Origin: an uncultured Candidatus Saccharibacteria bacterium
GTDB lineage: Bacteria; Patescibacteriota; Saccharimonadia; CAILAD01; GCA-016700035
Assembly (NCBI GenBank): GCA_964583675.1
Contig: CAZOVH010000003.1
Span: 12,167-76,166, forward strand
Length of the DNA stretch: 64,000 nt
Direction of reading: 5' to 3'
A program made the translations under genes and the position numbers. The notes beneath the pieces were generated by a model. It had not been told where the DNA came from. It was given only the letters and a program-made list of their open reading frames with translations, and searched no databases. Below, one piece after another: positions 9,143 through 18,571 of this stretch (position 1 is its first letter; every line of letters starts with the position of its first letter).

Positions 9143-10798
9143 CTAGACTTTCCTCCTCTGCATAGTTGTTACGTCTATTGTAGACTTCTCGGTCTCGGAA
9201 TGCAAAAGGCGGGAGGCAGCAGCCACAAAGCCATCAAACAGTGGATTTGGTGTCATCGGGCGCGAGGTAAACTCCGGATGGAACTGGCTCGCGATGAAAA
9301 ACGGATGATCTGGGTACTCAATCATTTCTACCAAATTCCCATCAGGTGAAAGCCCTGAAAATACCATTCCCACAGCCTCCAAACGGTCACGATAGCGATT
9401 GTTTACTTCATAACGATGACGATGACGCTCATGAATCAAGCCTTTGCCGTAGAGCTCATAGCCCAAAGATCCTTCCTTAATCGCTGTCGGATAATCACCA
9501 AGTCGCATTGAGCCGCCTAGCCGCACGCCCTGCTGATCTTCCATCAAGCTCACTACTTGATGCTCAGTATCATGATTAAATTCGAGTGAATGCGCAGTCT
9601 CTAAGCCAACCAGATTGCGCGCTGCTTCAATGACCGCAATCTGTAAACCAAGGCAAATTCCTAGGTACGGTACTTTGTTTTCGCGTGCATATTGAGCGGC
9701 CACAATCTTGCCAGCTACACCCCGCTCACCAAAACCTCCCGGCACCAAAATACCATCCAGTCCCTCAAGCGGCTTCACGGTATCCACCAATTTTTCGGCA
9801 TCCACCCACACCACCTTAATAGCTCGCCCATGCTTCCAACCGGCTGCCTTCAGTGCCTCTACAACCGACATGTAGGTATCTTCGTGATCAAGATACTTAG
9901 CAACGATACCGATACTCACTTCGGGCTTCTTGGAGCTCACAACATCTGCTAATTTATACCAGTCAGCTAGCTGTGGCTCAGCAACGCGCAAGCCCAGCCG
10001 CTCAATGATGTAATTGCCTATGCCTGATTCCTCCATCCGTAGCGGCACTTCGTACACACTCTTCAATGTTGGTAAGCCAACAATCGCTTCTTTATCAACG
10101 TCACAGTACATAGAAAGCTTTTCGAATACCGAGGCCTTTAATTCGTGGTCGGTGCGGACAGCCAGGATATCCGGCTGAATACCAGCCTCCCGTAAGTCAC
10201 GCACAGAATTCTGAGCTGGCTTAGTTTTGATCTCTTTACTGGCCGCGAGATATGGCAAAAAGACCACGTGTGTGTACAAAACGTTATCAGCGCCCACACG
10301 TCTCTTAAATTGACGTAGCGCTTCTATAACCGCTAGAGACTCGTAGTCACCAATGGTTCCACCAACTTCACATAGCAATACATCAAAGCCACGAGCTGCC
10401 TCAATAATGCGACGCTGGTATTCATCGGTAATATGCGGGATTACTTGCACTGTTTTCCCTAAAAATACACCGTCGCGCTCATCGGCGAACACCTTTGCAT
10501 ACACTTGTCCGCTCATAACAGAACTGCTTCGGGTGAGATTAATGTCGATAAAGCGCTCATAGTGCCCAAGGTCTAGATCAGTCTCGCCACCATCAGCGGT
10601 TACAAAGACTTCGCCGTGTTCTGCTGGATTTAGCGTTCCGGCGTCAAAATTAAAATACGGGTCCATTTTTTGAATGTTGACCCGTAACCCTCTGGCTTTT
10701 AAAATAGCGCCGATTGACGCCGCGGTGATTCCTTTACCGGAGCCCGAAACAACGCCTCCAGTAACAAAAATATATTTTGGTGTTTTTACCACGCTCAC
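9143..10798 (-). CDS. pyrG: CTP synthase
   Basis: 551 aa. N-terminal synthetase domain (KYIFVTGGVVSGSGKGI) and C-terminal glutamine amidotransferase (GICLGLQ). Confidence 0.95.
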   Translation of the reverse strand: MSVVKTPKYIFVTGGVVSGSGKGITAASIGAILKARGLRVNIQKMDPYFNFDAGTLNPAEHGEVFVTADGGETDLDLGHYERFIDINLTRSSSVMSGQVYAKVFADERDGVFLGKTVQVIPHITDEYQRRIIEAARGFDVLLCEVGGTIGDYESLAVIEALRQFKRRVGADNVLYTHVVFLPYLAASKEIKTKPAQNSVRDLREAGIQPDILAVRTDHELKASVFEKLSMYCDVDKEAIVGLPTLKSVYEVPLRMEESGIGNYIIERLGLRVAEPQLADWYKLADVVSSKKPEVSIGIVAKYLDHEDTYMSVVEALKAAGWKHGRAIKVVWVDAEKLVDTVKPLEGLDGILVPGGFGERGVAGKIVAAQYARENKVPYLGICLGLQIAVIEAARNLVGLETAHSLEFNHDTEHQVVSLMEDQQGVRLGGSMRLGDYPTAIKEGSLGYELYGKGLIHERHRHRYEVNNRYRDRLEAVGMVFSGLSPDGNLVEMIEYPDHPFFIASQFHPEFTSRPMTPNPLFDGFVAAASRLLHSETEKSTIDVTTMQRRKV

Positions 10799-10847
10799 TC
10801 CCCTCCGTTTTTTCTAGTGTAGCTGGCTTATCAGCTAAGCACAAGAG

Positions 10848-12044
10848 CTATTGGCGTACGGCTTCGAGAGCCTTCTCTAGCTGCGGATCTCGGCCTGCAT
10901 TGGAGTCCTCAGGCGTCAATTTAACTTCAATGTCAGGCTTAATACCTTCTTTAGAAATATTCACACCCTTAGGCGTAAACCAACCGGCTACGGTTACTTT
11001 CAACTGAGCGCCATTTGAAAGTTGCTTAACCTCTTGGACACTACCCTTGCCATACGTCTTCTCGCCAACCAAAATCGCACGATCATTATCCTTCAGCGCG
11101 CCAGCCGTTATCTCAGAAGCCGAGGCAGATCCTTCATTAATGAGTATCACAAGCTTCGCATTCGTCAAGTTACCACCCGGATTTGCCACCAGCTGTTTAG
11201 ACTCCATATGGCGACCACGCTCCTCCACCACTACGCCGTCTGCCAAGAACTCTGAAGATACAGTAACTGCACTATTGAGATACCCGCCGGGATTATCACG
11301 AAGATCGAGCACAATTTTATCAACGCCCTGTTTCGCTAAGTCGGCTGCCGCGTTACGAATGGCCGTGTCTGTATCGTCGCCAAAACGACGTACACGAATG
11401 TAACCCACATCCCCATCTTTTACCTCATATTTGACGCTTGAAACCTGAATTTGATCGCGAGTTATCGCGAGTTCTTTTGGCTCTTCACCCTCACGCACAA
11501 CCGTCAACTTTACTTCAGTGCCTTTTTCGCCACGGATTTTTTTGACGGCTTCATCGAGAGTTAACTCGCTCGTACTCTGTCCATCTATGGTCGCAATAAC
11601 ATCACCAGCCCGAATACCAGCTTTCGCGGCCGGAGTTTCATCAATGGGCGCGATAACCGTCAGTCGATCATTCTTGAGACCAACTTCAACGCCAATTCCC
11701 GAAAGTTGGCCAGCTAAGTCATTAGAGAGCTCCTCTGCCTCACTTGCGTTAAGATACACCGTATACGGATCACCGAGACTCGCGACATAGCCACGTAGCG
11801 CCCCTTCAGCTTGCTTCTCATCATTTAGGTCACCGTTGAAACTCGACTCAAGAATAGACCGAATTTCACGAAACTGTTCAGAAGTAGCTGCCGCTGTATT
11901 GGTGCGCGCAACAACTGCCTTATACCCAAATACACCAATTACACCACCAATAAGTACTAAAGCAGCAATCCAGCCAGCTAACTGCAGTCTCGTTAAACTT
12001 ACACCAGGTTTCTTAACCGGTGATTGTGTATCTTTTTCACCCAT
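10848..12044 (-). CDS. ctpA: Carboxy-terminal processing protease (S41 family) with PDZ domain
   Basis: N-terminal TM, a PDZ segment (GIGVEVGLKNDRLTVIAPIDETPAAKAGIRAGDVI) and an S41 core (LVILINEGSASASEI). Confidence 0.85.
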   Translation of the reverse strand: MGEKDTQSPVKKPGVSLTRLQLAGWIAALVLIGGVIGVFGYKAVVARTNTAAATSEQFREIRSILESSFNGDLNDEKQAEGALRGYVASLGDPYTVYLNASEAEELSNDLAGQLSGIGVEVGLKNDRLTVIAPIDETPAAKAGIRAGDVIATIDGQSTSELTLDEAVKKIRGEKGTEVKLTVVREGEEPKELAITRDQIQVSSVKYEVKDGDVGYIRVRRFGDDTDTAIRNAAADLAKQGVDKIVLDLRDNPGGYLNSAVTVSSEFLADGVVVEERGRHMESKQLVANPGGNLTNAKLVILINEGSASASEITAGALKDNDRAILVGEKTYGKGSVQEVKQLSNGAQLKVTVAGWFTPKGVNISKEGIKPDIEVKLTPEDSNAGRDPQLEKALEAVRQ

Positions 12045-12086
12045 GCTTTTCTCTATTGTACAGAGCCAACTCAGAATCTGCTAGGG

Positions 12087-13214
12087 CTAATGAATAAACA
12101 CCAGCGAACTCACAGGCCAAACGGATTGAGAATACCGACCACCCCAATCGGCGTTAAATTCAGAAACCAGTACTTGTGTACCATTGGAGACAATCCCCTC
12201 AACAATCATGACATGCCCATACTCGCCAACTGGATAGACTGCGGCTGCTCCCACTTCTGGTGTGGTATCGACACGCATACCAAACTTCCCAGCCCAATCT
12301 GGCCATTGCTTCGCATTCGCTGGCCCCAAGAAGCCCCAAGCGGGCAGCGGCCGACCAATACTCGCCCGTTTCCAAGCAGCATAACTTGTGCACTGACGAT
12401 AATAAAAACCCCACGGATCAACACCACGACTCGGAAAAGGCTCCACAGCAGCCCATGGATAGTCAGTAGTCATCGTAAAATCGCGACCTAAGCTCTGAGC
12501 CGCAATCGCGGCTGTCTGTTGTGCCCGCAACGTCTCGAGCCGCATGGTATCAACCTCGACAAGAGCACGATAGGCAGCTTCGTCACCCCGAGTCTTGGCG
12601 AGAAGTTCTGCCTGTTCGGCCTCCTTGGCGACAATAGCTTTTTCTTCTAATCCTTCCTGTTCTTCTTTAATGCGTAGCTGTCGAGAAAATTCTTCGAGCT
12701 GTTTTTTGGCATTCTTTATGCTATCTACATTATCCATAATCTTATTGCGCAGAGAGTCGTAATATTCTTGTCGTCCCACAAAATCGGACAAATTCTCGCT
12801 GGAAGCAAACACCTCCATCGGCGTAACGTCGCCCTGCTTGTAGGCGGCGGCAATGTTCTGACGCAGCAGCTCCGTGCTTTTTTGCAGATTAGCTTCGGTA
12901 TTTTTGCGATCAAGCTTCGTTTGCTCAATACGTAAACGCGTAAGCTCAAGGTTTGACCGAGCAGCAGATAGCTCAGCCTGAATAGCTGTTAAGCGATTTT
13001 GCAGAGTATCACCTTCAACCTGTTTTTGATTTACCACCGCTTGATTATCCTGAATTTGCTTAGTTACCGCATCAATGAGCGGCTGCAAGTCATCGGCGTG
13101 CGCTGGACGAGCCTGATACCACACCGAGGCTGAAACTACAAAAACAAACAAGAAAAGCCCAGCGAATACGATTCGAAAAGCTTTTCCTGCTGTTTTTTTG
13201 TTTTTTGTAGCCAT
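12087..13214 (-). CDS. Coiled-coil plus C-terminal CHAP-domain peptidoglycan hydrolase (PcsB-like), paralog 2
   Basis: N-terminal TM or signal, about 200 aa of heptad-rich coiled coil, then a CHAP domain (WGFYYRQCTSYAAWKRA...GHVMIVEG) with the Cys/His pair. It lies directly downstream of ftsEX. Confidence 0.75.
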   Translation of the reverse strand: MATKNKKTAGKAFRIVFAGLFLFVFVVSASVWYQARPAHADDLQPLIDAVTKQIQDNQAVVNQKQVEGDTLQNRLTAIQAELSAARSNLELTRLRIEQTKLDRKNTEANLQKSTELLRQNIAAAYKQGDVTPMEVFASSENLSDFVGRQEYYDSLRNKIMDNVDSIKNAKKQLEEFSRQLRIKEEQEGLEEKAIVAKEAEQAELLAKTRGDEAAYRALVEVDTMRLETLRAQQTAAIAAQSLGRDFTMTTDYPWAAVEPFPSRGVDPWGFYYRQCTSYAAWKRASIGRPLPAWGFLGPANAKQWPDWAGKFGMRVDTTPEVGAAAVYPVGEYGHVMIVEGIVSNGTQVLVSEFNADWGGRYSQSVWPVSSLVFIH

Positions 13215-13234
13215 TTTTTAGAAATTACTGTTAG

Positions 13235-14374
13235 CTATTTGATAAACCTGGCGTTCCCCAACTGACTCATCGGTATGGTGCGTACAGAGTAGCCACCACG
13301 CGGACTATAGTTATACTCACTCACCGTAATCGAGTTACCATTATTAGACTCAACGATTGCCACGTGCCCCCATGGACCATCTGGCCAGGCTACAATGTCG
13401 CCGTAACCAGGAGTTGCACTAGCACTTCCTCGTGGCCACCACTGATTAGCATTGCCCCAATAACGCGGCACCATTCGCCCGATACTGGCGCGCTTCCAAG
13501 CAGCGTAACTCACACATTCTCGGTTGTAATACCCATAGTCATCAACCAAGCTATCCTGTGCTGCCCTACACCAAACATCCGGATAACCACCACCACACTG
13601 GCCGCCAGCCCTAAAGCTTCCACCGGCTGCGGCATTACGGCGAATTTCTTCAGCGCGGGCTGCAAATACCGCCGCGAGCTGTGATTCATTTTGCTTGACG
13701 ATGCCCTGATAGGCAGCTTCTTCACCTCGTGTCTGCGTTAAGAGGGCCTGCTGTTCAGACCGCTTTGCAGCAATATTGGCTACTTGAGCTTTCTCATCAG
13801 CGGCTTTTTCTGTTAAAGTAACCTTTTTCTGCTCGAGTTCAGCCTTCAATCGATTAATTTCAGAAATATTGGACTCAATCTTGTCCTTCAAATCATCCAT
13901 ATATTGCTGCTTACCTACAAAATCCGAGAGGTTTTCACTTGAAGCTAAGACTTCGATCGGCGTAACGTCACGATCCTTATACATGGTCTTGAGATTTTGC
14001 TTGAGGTTATCTACCTGTTTTGTTAGTTCGGCATTCTGACGATCAAGCTCTTCAGTGGTCTTCGTAATTTCAGTACGCGTCAGATTAAGTGCACTCTGCG
14101 CGGCAGAAATTTCTGCGTTTAGAGCCGCAACTTTAGCTTGTAAAGTATCACCTTCGGCTCGCTTTTGATTGGCTGAGTTTTTATTCTGATTAATCTGATT
14201 ACGCAACGCATTAATTTGCGAATCATAATCAACTGCAAAAGCAGTTGGCGCCAAAACGCCAAGCACACCAACAATCGCCAGCACAACTAGTGTTCTAGTG
14301 AGTCGTTGGTGTTTTTTTGTAGTCTTTTGGTGTCGAATCAAGATCATCACCCTCCTTTTTGCTTCTACCCCCAT
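13235..14374 (-). CDS. Coiled-coil plus C-terminal CHAP-domain peptidoglycan hydrolase (PcsB-like), paralog 1
   Basis: Same architecture as paralog 2: coiled coil followed by a CHAP domain (YGYYNRECVSYAAWKRA...GHVAIVES). It sits immediately after ftsX. Confidence 0.75.
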   Translation of the reverse strand: MGVEAKRRVMILIRHQKTTKKHQRLTRTLVVLAIVGVLGVLAPTAFAVDYDSQINALRNQINQNKNSANQKRAEGDTLQAKVAALNAEISAAQSALNLTRTEITKTTEELDRQNAELTKQVDNLKQNLKTMYKDRDVTPIEVLASSENLSDFVGKQQYMDDLKDKIESNISEINRLKAELEQKKVTLTEKAADEKAQVANIAAKRSEQQALLTQTRGEEAAYQGIVKQNESQLAAVFAARAEEIRRNAAAGGSFRAGGQCGGGYPDVWCRAAQDSLVDDYGYYNRECVSYAAWKRASIGRMVPRYWGNANQWWPRGSASATPGYGDIVAWPDGPWGHVAIVESNNGNSITVSEYNYSPRGGYSVRTIPMSQLGNARFIK

Positions 14375-14422
14375 ATATATTCTGAAGCAGTAAGCATTAC
14401 CGTTAGTCTATCACAGAATACG

Positions 14423-15334
14423 CTAAAGCTTCAAATGGCGTGAGATTGCTAGGAAGCTCGAAAGCGTACCAATTACAATTCCTAAAGTATACATTGCAAG
14501 CGTCACCAAAAATATACGATCAGTAACAAAAGTTACGACATCACTGGCGTTAAAATAGCTCGTAAAGAGCGGTCGCGCCACATTAATCAGCGGCAAAGTT
14601 ATGGCCATCGCTATAGTTGCACCAATAATGCCATACATCGCCCCCTCAATGAGAAATGGCCCACGAATATACCAGTTAGTTGCTCCAACCAGCTTCATAA
14701 TCTCGATTTCCTCACGACGCGTAAAGATCGCCATACGGATAGTATTAAAGATTATCATCAGACTAATTAAGAGGAAGGCGACAGAGATTACCGTACCTAC
14801 CTTTGAAACACCGTTCGAGATAGAAACAATACGATCAACTACTTTGCGCCGAACATCACTGTCATCATTACTTGTACTTGCCACAATTACCGCCGCGCCA
14901 TCAGCTTTAATCTGACTATTAAGTGAATCAAGGTTCTCAAGTGTTTCGGTACGAACCTCTAATGATGCTGGTAACGGATTACCAATCTCCGTGGCGGTCT
15001 TGGCGAGCTGCTCCCCATCTTTTGAACTAGTACGTAGTCGCTCGAGCGCATCCGTTTTGGATACGTAGCGCACCTCCGCTACATTCTCAAAGGTTTGAAT
15101 ATTGGCCTGCAGCTGCTTCACCTGGTCTGGTGTAGCTTCATCTTTCAAGAATACCGTGAGGTCAATTTTCTCTCGAACTGCCGCTAGCTGATTCTGCAAG
15201 AAGAGTGCCGAGAAAGCAAAGAAAGCCACGATAACTAATGTAACCACCATAATCGCAGTGGCCGCTATCGAAAGCCATGCGTTGCGGAACAAGTTCCGAA
15301 AACCAGTCTTAAACATGCGCCACAGCGTAATCAT
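14423..15334 (-). CDS. ftsX: Cell division ABC transporter permease FtsX
   Basis: Four-TM topology with a large first extracytoplasmic loop. It is located downstream of ftsE. Confidence 0.85.
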   Translation of the reverse strand: MITLWRMFKTGFRNLFRNAWLSIAATAIMVVTLVIVAFFAFSALFLQNQLAAVREKIDLTVFLKDEATPDQVKQLQANIQTFENVAEVRYVSKTDALERLRTSSKDGEQLAKTATEIGNPLPASLEVRTETLENLDSLNSQIKADGAAVIVASTSNDDSDVRRKVVDRIVSISNGVSKVGTVISVAFLLISLMIIFNTIRMAIFTRREEIEIMKLVGATNWYIRGPFLIEGAMYGIIGATIAMAITLPLINVARPLFTSYFNASDVVTFVTDRIFLVTLAMYTLGIVIGTLSSFLAISRHLKL

Positions 15335-15362
15335 TATCGTCTTACCCTCCTAATCCAATCCG

Positions 15363-16043
15363 TTATAGAACGTAACGTCCTACTTTTTCGTCTTTCAAAA
15401 TACGCCCATTCTGAATCGTAATCACGCGGCGCTTCAGAGCATTCACAATTTCTTTATTATGAGTGGTCAAAAGTACAGTTGTACCAAACTTGTTAATCTT
15501 CAAAAGCAGCTCAATGATATCCCATGAGTTTTTCGGGTCCAAGTTTCCAGTTGGCTCATCGGCAATCAGAATCTTTGGGTTTCGCACCAAGGCCCGCGCA
15601 ATTGCCACGCGCTGCTTTTCACCACCAGAGATTTCTTTAGGATAATTATTGGCCTTTTCGGCCAAACCAACCAGCTGCAAAATTTTTGGTACCGCACGCT
15701 TAATTTCAGAGGTTCTCACGCCGCTAGCCTCGAGTGCAAAAGCAACATTCTCGTACACAGTAAGGTTAGGGAGTAGTTTAAAATCCTGAAACACCACCCC
15801 AATTCGACGACGCAGATGCGGAATGCTGGTTTTGCCAATCGTGTCGTAATCGATTGAGCCAACAATAATTTTTCCACTCGTCGGAACTTCTTCTTTAATG
15901 AGTAGACGAATAAGTGTTGACTTACCCGCACCAGATGAGCCTACCACTGTTACAAACTCTTTTGGCTGTATATGCAAACTGACGCCCGACAAAGCGACCG
16001 TCTTATTTGGATACATCACTGAAACTCGATCAAGTAAAATCAC
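15363..16043 (-). CDS. ftsE: Cell division ABC transporter ATP-binding protein FtsE (GTG start inferred)
   Basis: Walker A GSSGAGKST, signature LSGGEKQRVAIARAL and Walker B ILIADEPTGNLD. A GTG at 16043 gives the N-terminus MILLDRVSVMY, matching the canonical FtsE N-terminus. The longer ORF running to 16445 is rejected. Confidence 0.88.
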   Translation of the reverse strand: MILLDRVSVMYPNKTVALSGVSLHIQPKEFVTVVGSSGAGKSTLIRLLIKEEVPTSGKIIVGSIDYDTIGKTSIPHLRRRIGVVFQDFKLLPNLTVYENVAFALEASGVRTSEIKRAVPKILQLVGLAEKANNYPKEISGGEKQRVAIARALVRNPKILIADEPTGNLDPKNSWDIIELLLKINKFGTTVLLTTHNKEIVNALKRRVITIQNGRILKDEKVGRYVL

Positions 16044-16122
16044 GTATGCACCTATTTTAGCATATGCGCTTGAGCTTGTGCACGACTGCATGAGGCAAAT
16101 AAAGCCTGCTACAATAAGCAAT

Positions 16123-17376
16123 ATGACAAAGCTTGTAATTACCGGTCCAACCCGTTTGCAAGGCGAATGGTTTACAGCGGGCTCAAAAAACGCCGTACTA
16201 CCAATGCTGGCTGCCTGCCTCTTAACGAAAGAAAAAGTCACAGTCGAAAATGTGCCGCGCATTTCAGACGTTGATGTAATGCTAGAAATTTTAGCTTCAC
16301 TTGGGGCGAAGGTCTGGCGCGAAGGCCATACTGTTACTGTTGAGGCAGACAATCTAACCACCGCCACTATTCCCGATGAACTCACAGCAAAAATGCGCGC
16401 TTCTGTACTTATTTTAGGAGCAGCAGTTGGCCGACTCGGTAGCATTACAGCAGCTCAACCCGGTGGCGACATCATTGGCGCGCGCCCACTAGCCTCACAC
16501 CTCAAAGCTTTTCAGGCGATGGGGCTATCAGTTATTCGTGAGCAAGGCCACATTACGGTATCCGGCAAACCCCAGGGCGGACGCGTGGTACTTGGTGAGC
16601 TCACTGTAACCGGCGCCGAAAATGCAATTATGGCCGCTGTACTTGCTACTGGCGTAACCGAGCTACGTATGGTTGCCCTGGAGCCTCATGTAGTCGATCT
16701 CTGTCTCATGCTGCAACAAATGGGCGCTAAAATTGAGGGCATTGGCACCCACAACCTCATCATTCATGGCGTCGAAACACTCAATGGTACGCTTTTCCGA
16801 GTGCCACCAGATCAACTAGAAAGCGGCACAATTGCGATTGCGGCGGCGGCCTCACGTGGCGATGTGATTATTCATGATTTTATTCGCGATGAACACGATG
16901 TGCTCCTCACCCTATTTGATCAAATCGGCGTGCAATATCAGTTGCCAAACCCCAAAACAATCCATATCCTCCCCGGTGGTGACTATCAGGCAGTAAATGT
17001 GCGTACTCAGCCTTATCCAAACTTCCCGAGTGATTTGCAGGCACCCTTGGCCGTTCTACTGACGCAGTGCGCCGGCACCTCCGAAATTTTTGAAACTCTC
17101 TATGAAGGCCGCTTGCAATACCTCTTTGAGCTGCAGCGTATGGGCGCAGCCGTAGCTATCCGCGACACCCACACCGGACTCATCACTGGTCCAACACCAC
17201 TAGCCGGGGCGGATCTCGTTAGTTTTGATATTCGCGCCGGAGCCACCATCCTCATCGCCGCGCTCATCGCGCAAGGTAAAACGATGATTGACCGCATCGA
17301 ACACATCGACCGCGGCTATGAACGGATTGAAGAGCGGCTCCAGGCTCTCGGCGCCCAACTCCAGCGCATTAACTAA
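16123..17376 (+). CDS. murA: UDP-N-acetylglucosamine 1-carboxyvinyltransferase
   Basis: MTKLVITGPTRLQGEWFTAGSKNAVLPMLAA... is a full-length MurA fold. The true ATG is at 16123, inside the longer listed ORF. Confidence 0.9.
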   Translation: MTKLVITGPTRLQGEWFTAGSKNAVLPMLAACLLTKEKVTVENVPRISDVDVMLEILASLGAKVWREGHTVTVEADNLTTATIPDELTAKMRASVLILGAAVGRLGSITAAQPGGDIIGARPLASHLKAFQAMGLSVIREQGHITVSGKPQGGRVVLGELTVTGAENAIMAAVLATGVTELRMVALEPHVVDLCLMLQQMGAKIEGIGTHNLIIHGVETLNGTLFRVPPDQLESGTIAIAAAASRGDVIIHDFIRDEHDVLLTLFDQIGVQYQLPNPKTIHILPGGDYQAVNVRTQPYPNFPSDLQAPLAVLLTQCAGTSEIFETLYEGRLQYLFELQRMGAAVAIRDTHTGLITGPTPLAGADLVSFDIRAGATILIAALIAQGKTMIDRIEHIDRGYERIEERLQALGAQLQRIN

Positions 17377-18467
17377 TTTTTCTGTTCGTCTGATAAATTA
17401 TGCGTCAAATAGGCTTCGATAAATGGCTCAATCGCGCCACCTAGCACCGCATCCGTATCGCTAGTTTCATAATCTGTACGATGATCTTTTACTTTCTTGT
17501 AGGGGTGCAATACATAGCTACGAATTTGCTGGCCCCAGTCGGCTGACTGAACTTTTCCACGAAGCTCAGCCACAGAATCTAGATGCTGTTCGCGTGCCAA
17601 CTCAGCGAGCTTTGCCACTAAAATTGACATCGCCTTATTTTTATTCTTGAGCTGTGAGCGTTCATTTTGGATTGAAACCACAATACCAGTTGGAATGTGA
17701 GTAATACGCACCGCCGAATCAGTCGTATTTACGCTCTGGCCACCATGCCCACCAGCGCGAAATACATCAATGCGCAAATCTTTTTCATCAAGTTCTATCT
17801 GCTCCATCGGGATTTCAGGAATTACATCAACCAACGCAAAACTGGTTTGGCGCAAACTATCACTATTAAAGGGCGAGAGCCTCACCAAACGATGGACACC
17901 CTTTTCACTTTTCAGCTTGCCAAACGCAAAAGGCCCTTCAATTTCCAGTGTGGCAGATTTTATACCTGCTTCTTCTCCTCGCGAAATATCAACTAATTTA
18001 GCTGTTAGCTCAAGCTTTTCTGCAGCCTTGGTATACATAGTCAGCAGCATTTCCGCCCAATCTTGTGCGTCTGTACCGCCAGCTCCTGCCGAAACCTGTA
18101 CAATTGCCGTGTTCTTATCATAATCTCCGGCCAGCTTTACCGTTATCATCATCTGGCGTACCGACTCTTCCATGCTAGCCGTAGACTCCTCCATCGCATC
18201 CAATAACGACTCATCCGACATCTGCGCGAGCTCAAGCATAGTCTGTATCGACTCCTCCATTGTTTGCCAGCTCTCAATAAATTTACGTAGTAATGCAGCC
18301 TCTTGGCTGACCTTTTGGGCTTCCCCTTGATCAGACCAAAAATCAGGTGCATTCATGCGAGCTTCTAGCTCGGCAAGCACCTTTTCTTCACTCTCTAGAT
18401 TAAGCTGACGGATTGCGCCCTGCACTTCTTCTAGGAGGTTTGTCAGTCGGTCAATAATTGGCTTCAT
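17373..18467 (-). CDS. prfB: Peptide chain release factor 2; no programmed +1 frameshift site seen
   Basis: SPF tripeptide (RLSPFNSDS) and the GGQ motif. The ORF is continuous from Met through the region where the frameshift normally sits. Confidence 0.9.
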   Translation of the reverse strand: MKPIIDRLTNLLEEVQGAIRQLNLESEEKVLAELEARMNAPDFWSDQGEAQKVSQEAALLRKFIESWQTMEESIQTMLELAQMSDESLLDAMEESTASMEESVRQMMITVKLAGDYDKNTAIVQVSAGAGGTDAQDWAEMLLTMYTKAAEKLELTAKLVDISRGEEAGIKSATLEIEGPFAFGKLKSEKGVHRLVRLSPFNSDSLRQTSFALVDVIPEIPMEQIELDEKDLRIDVFRAGGHGGQSVNTTDSAVRITHIPTGIVVSIQNERSQLKNKNKAMSILVAKLAELAREQHLDSVAELRGKVQSADWGQQIRSYVLHPYKKVKDHRTDYETSDTDAVLGGAIEPFIEAYLTHNLSDEQKN

Positions 18468-18506
18468 ATCGGTAGTATTATACCTGTTTCTGGTTCTATA
18501 TAAACC

Positions 18507-18542
18507 AAAACTCCCCGTCAGTGAAAATTCACTTCGAGGGAG
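18507..18542 (-). terminator. Terminator hairpin downstream of the LPXTG-protein gene
   Basis: On the minus strand the sequence reads CTCCCTCGaagtgaattttcactgaCGGGGAGtttt. Confidence 0.5.
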
Positions 18543-18571
18543 CTTGGCGTATACCTACAAACTGTAGGGTG

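Noticed and set aside
16044-16445. N-terminal 134-residue extension of the listed FtsE ORF
   Set aside because: It has no homology to FtsE and a low-complexity composition. It overlaps the murA start. An in-frame GTG with the canonical FtsE N-terminus exists at 16043.
17373-18467. Programmed +1 frameshift in prfB
   Set aside because: I looked for a CUU UGA C site near codons 20-30. The ORF is continuous and no in-frame UGA is present.
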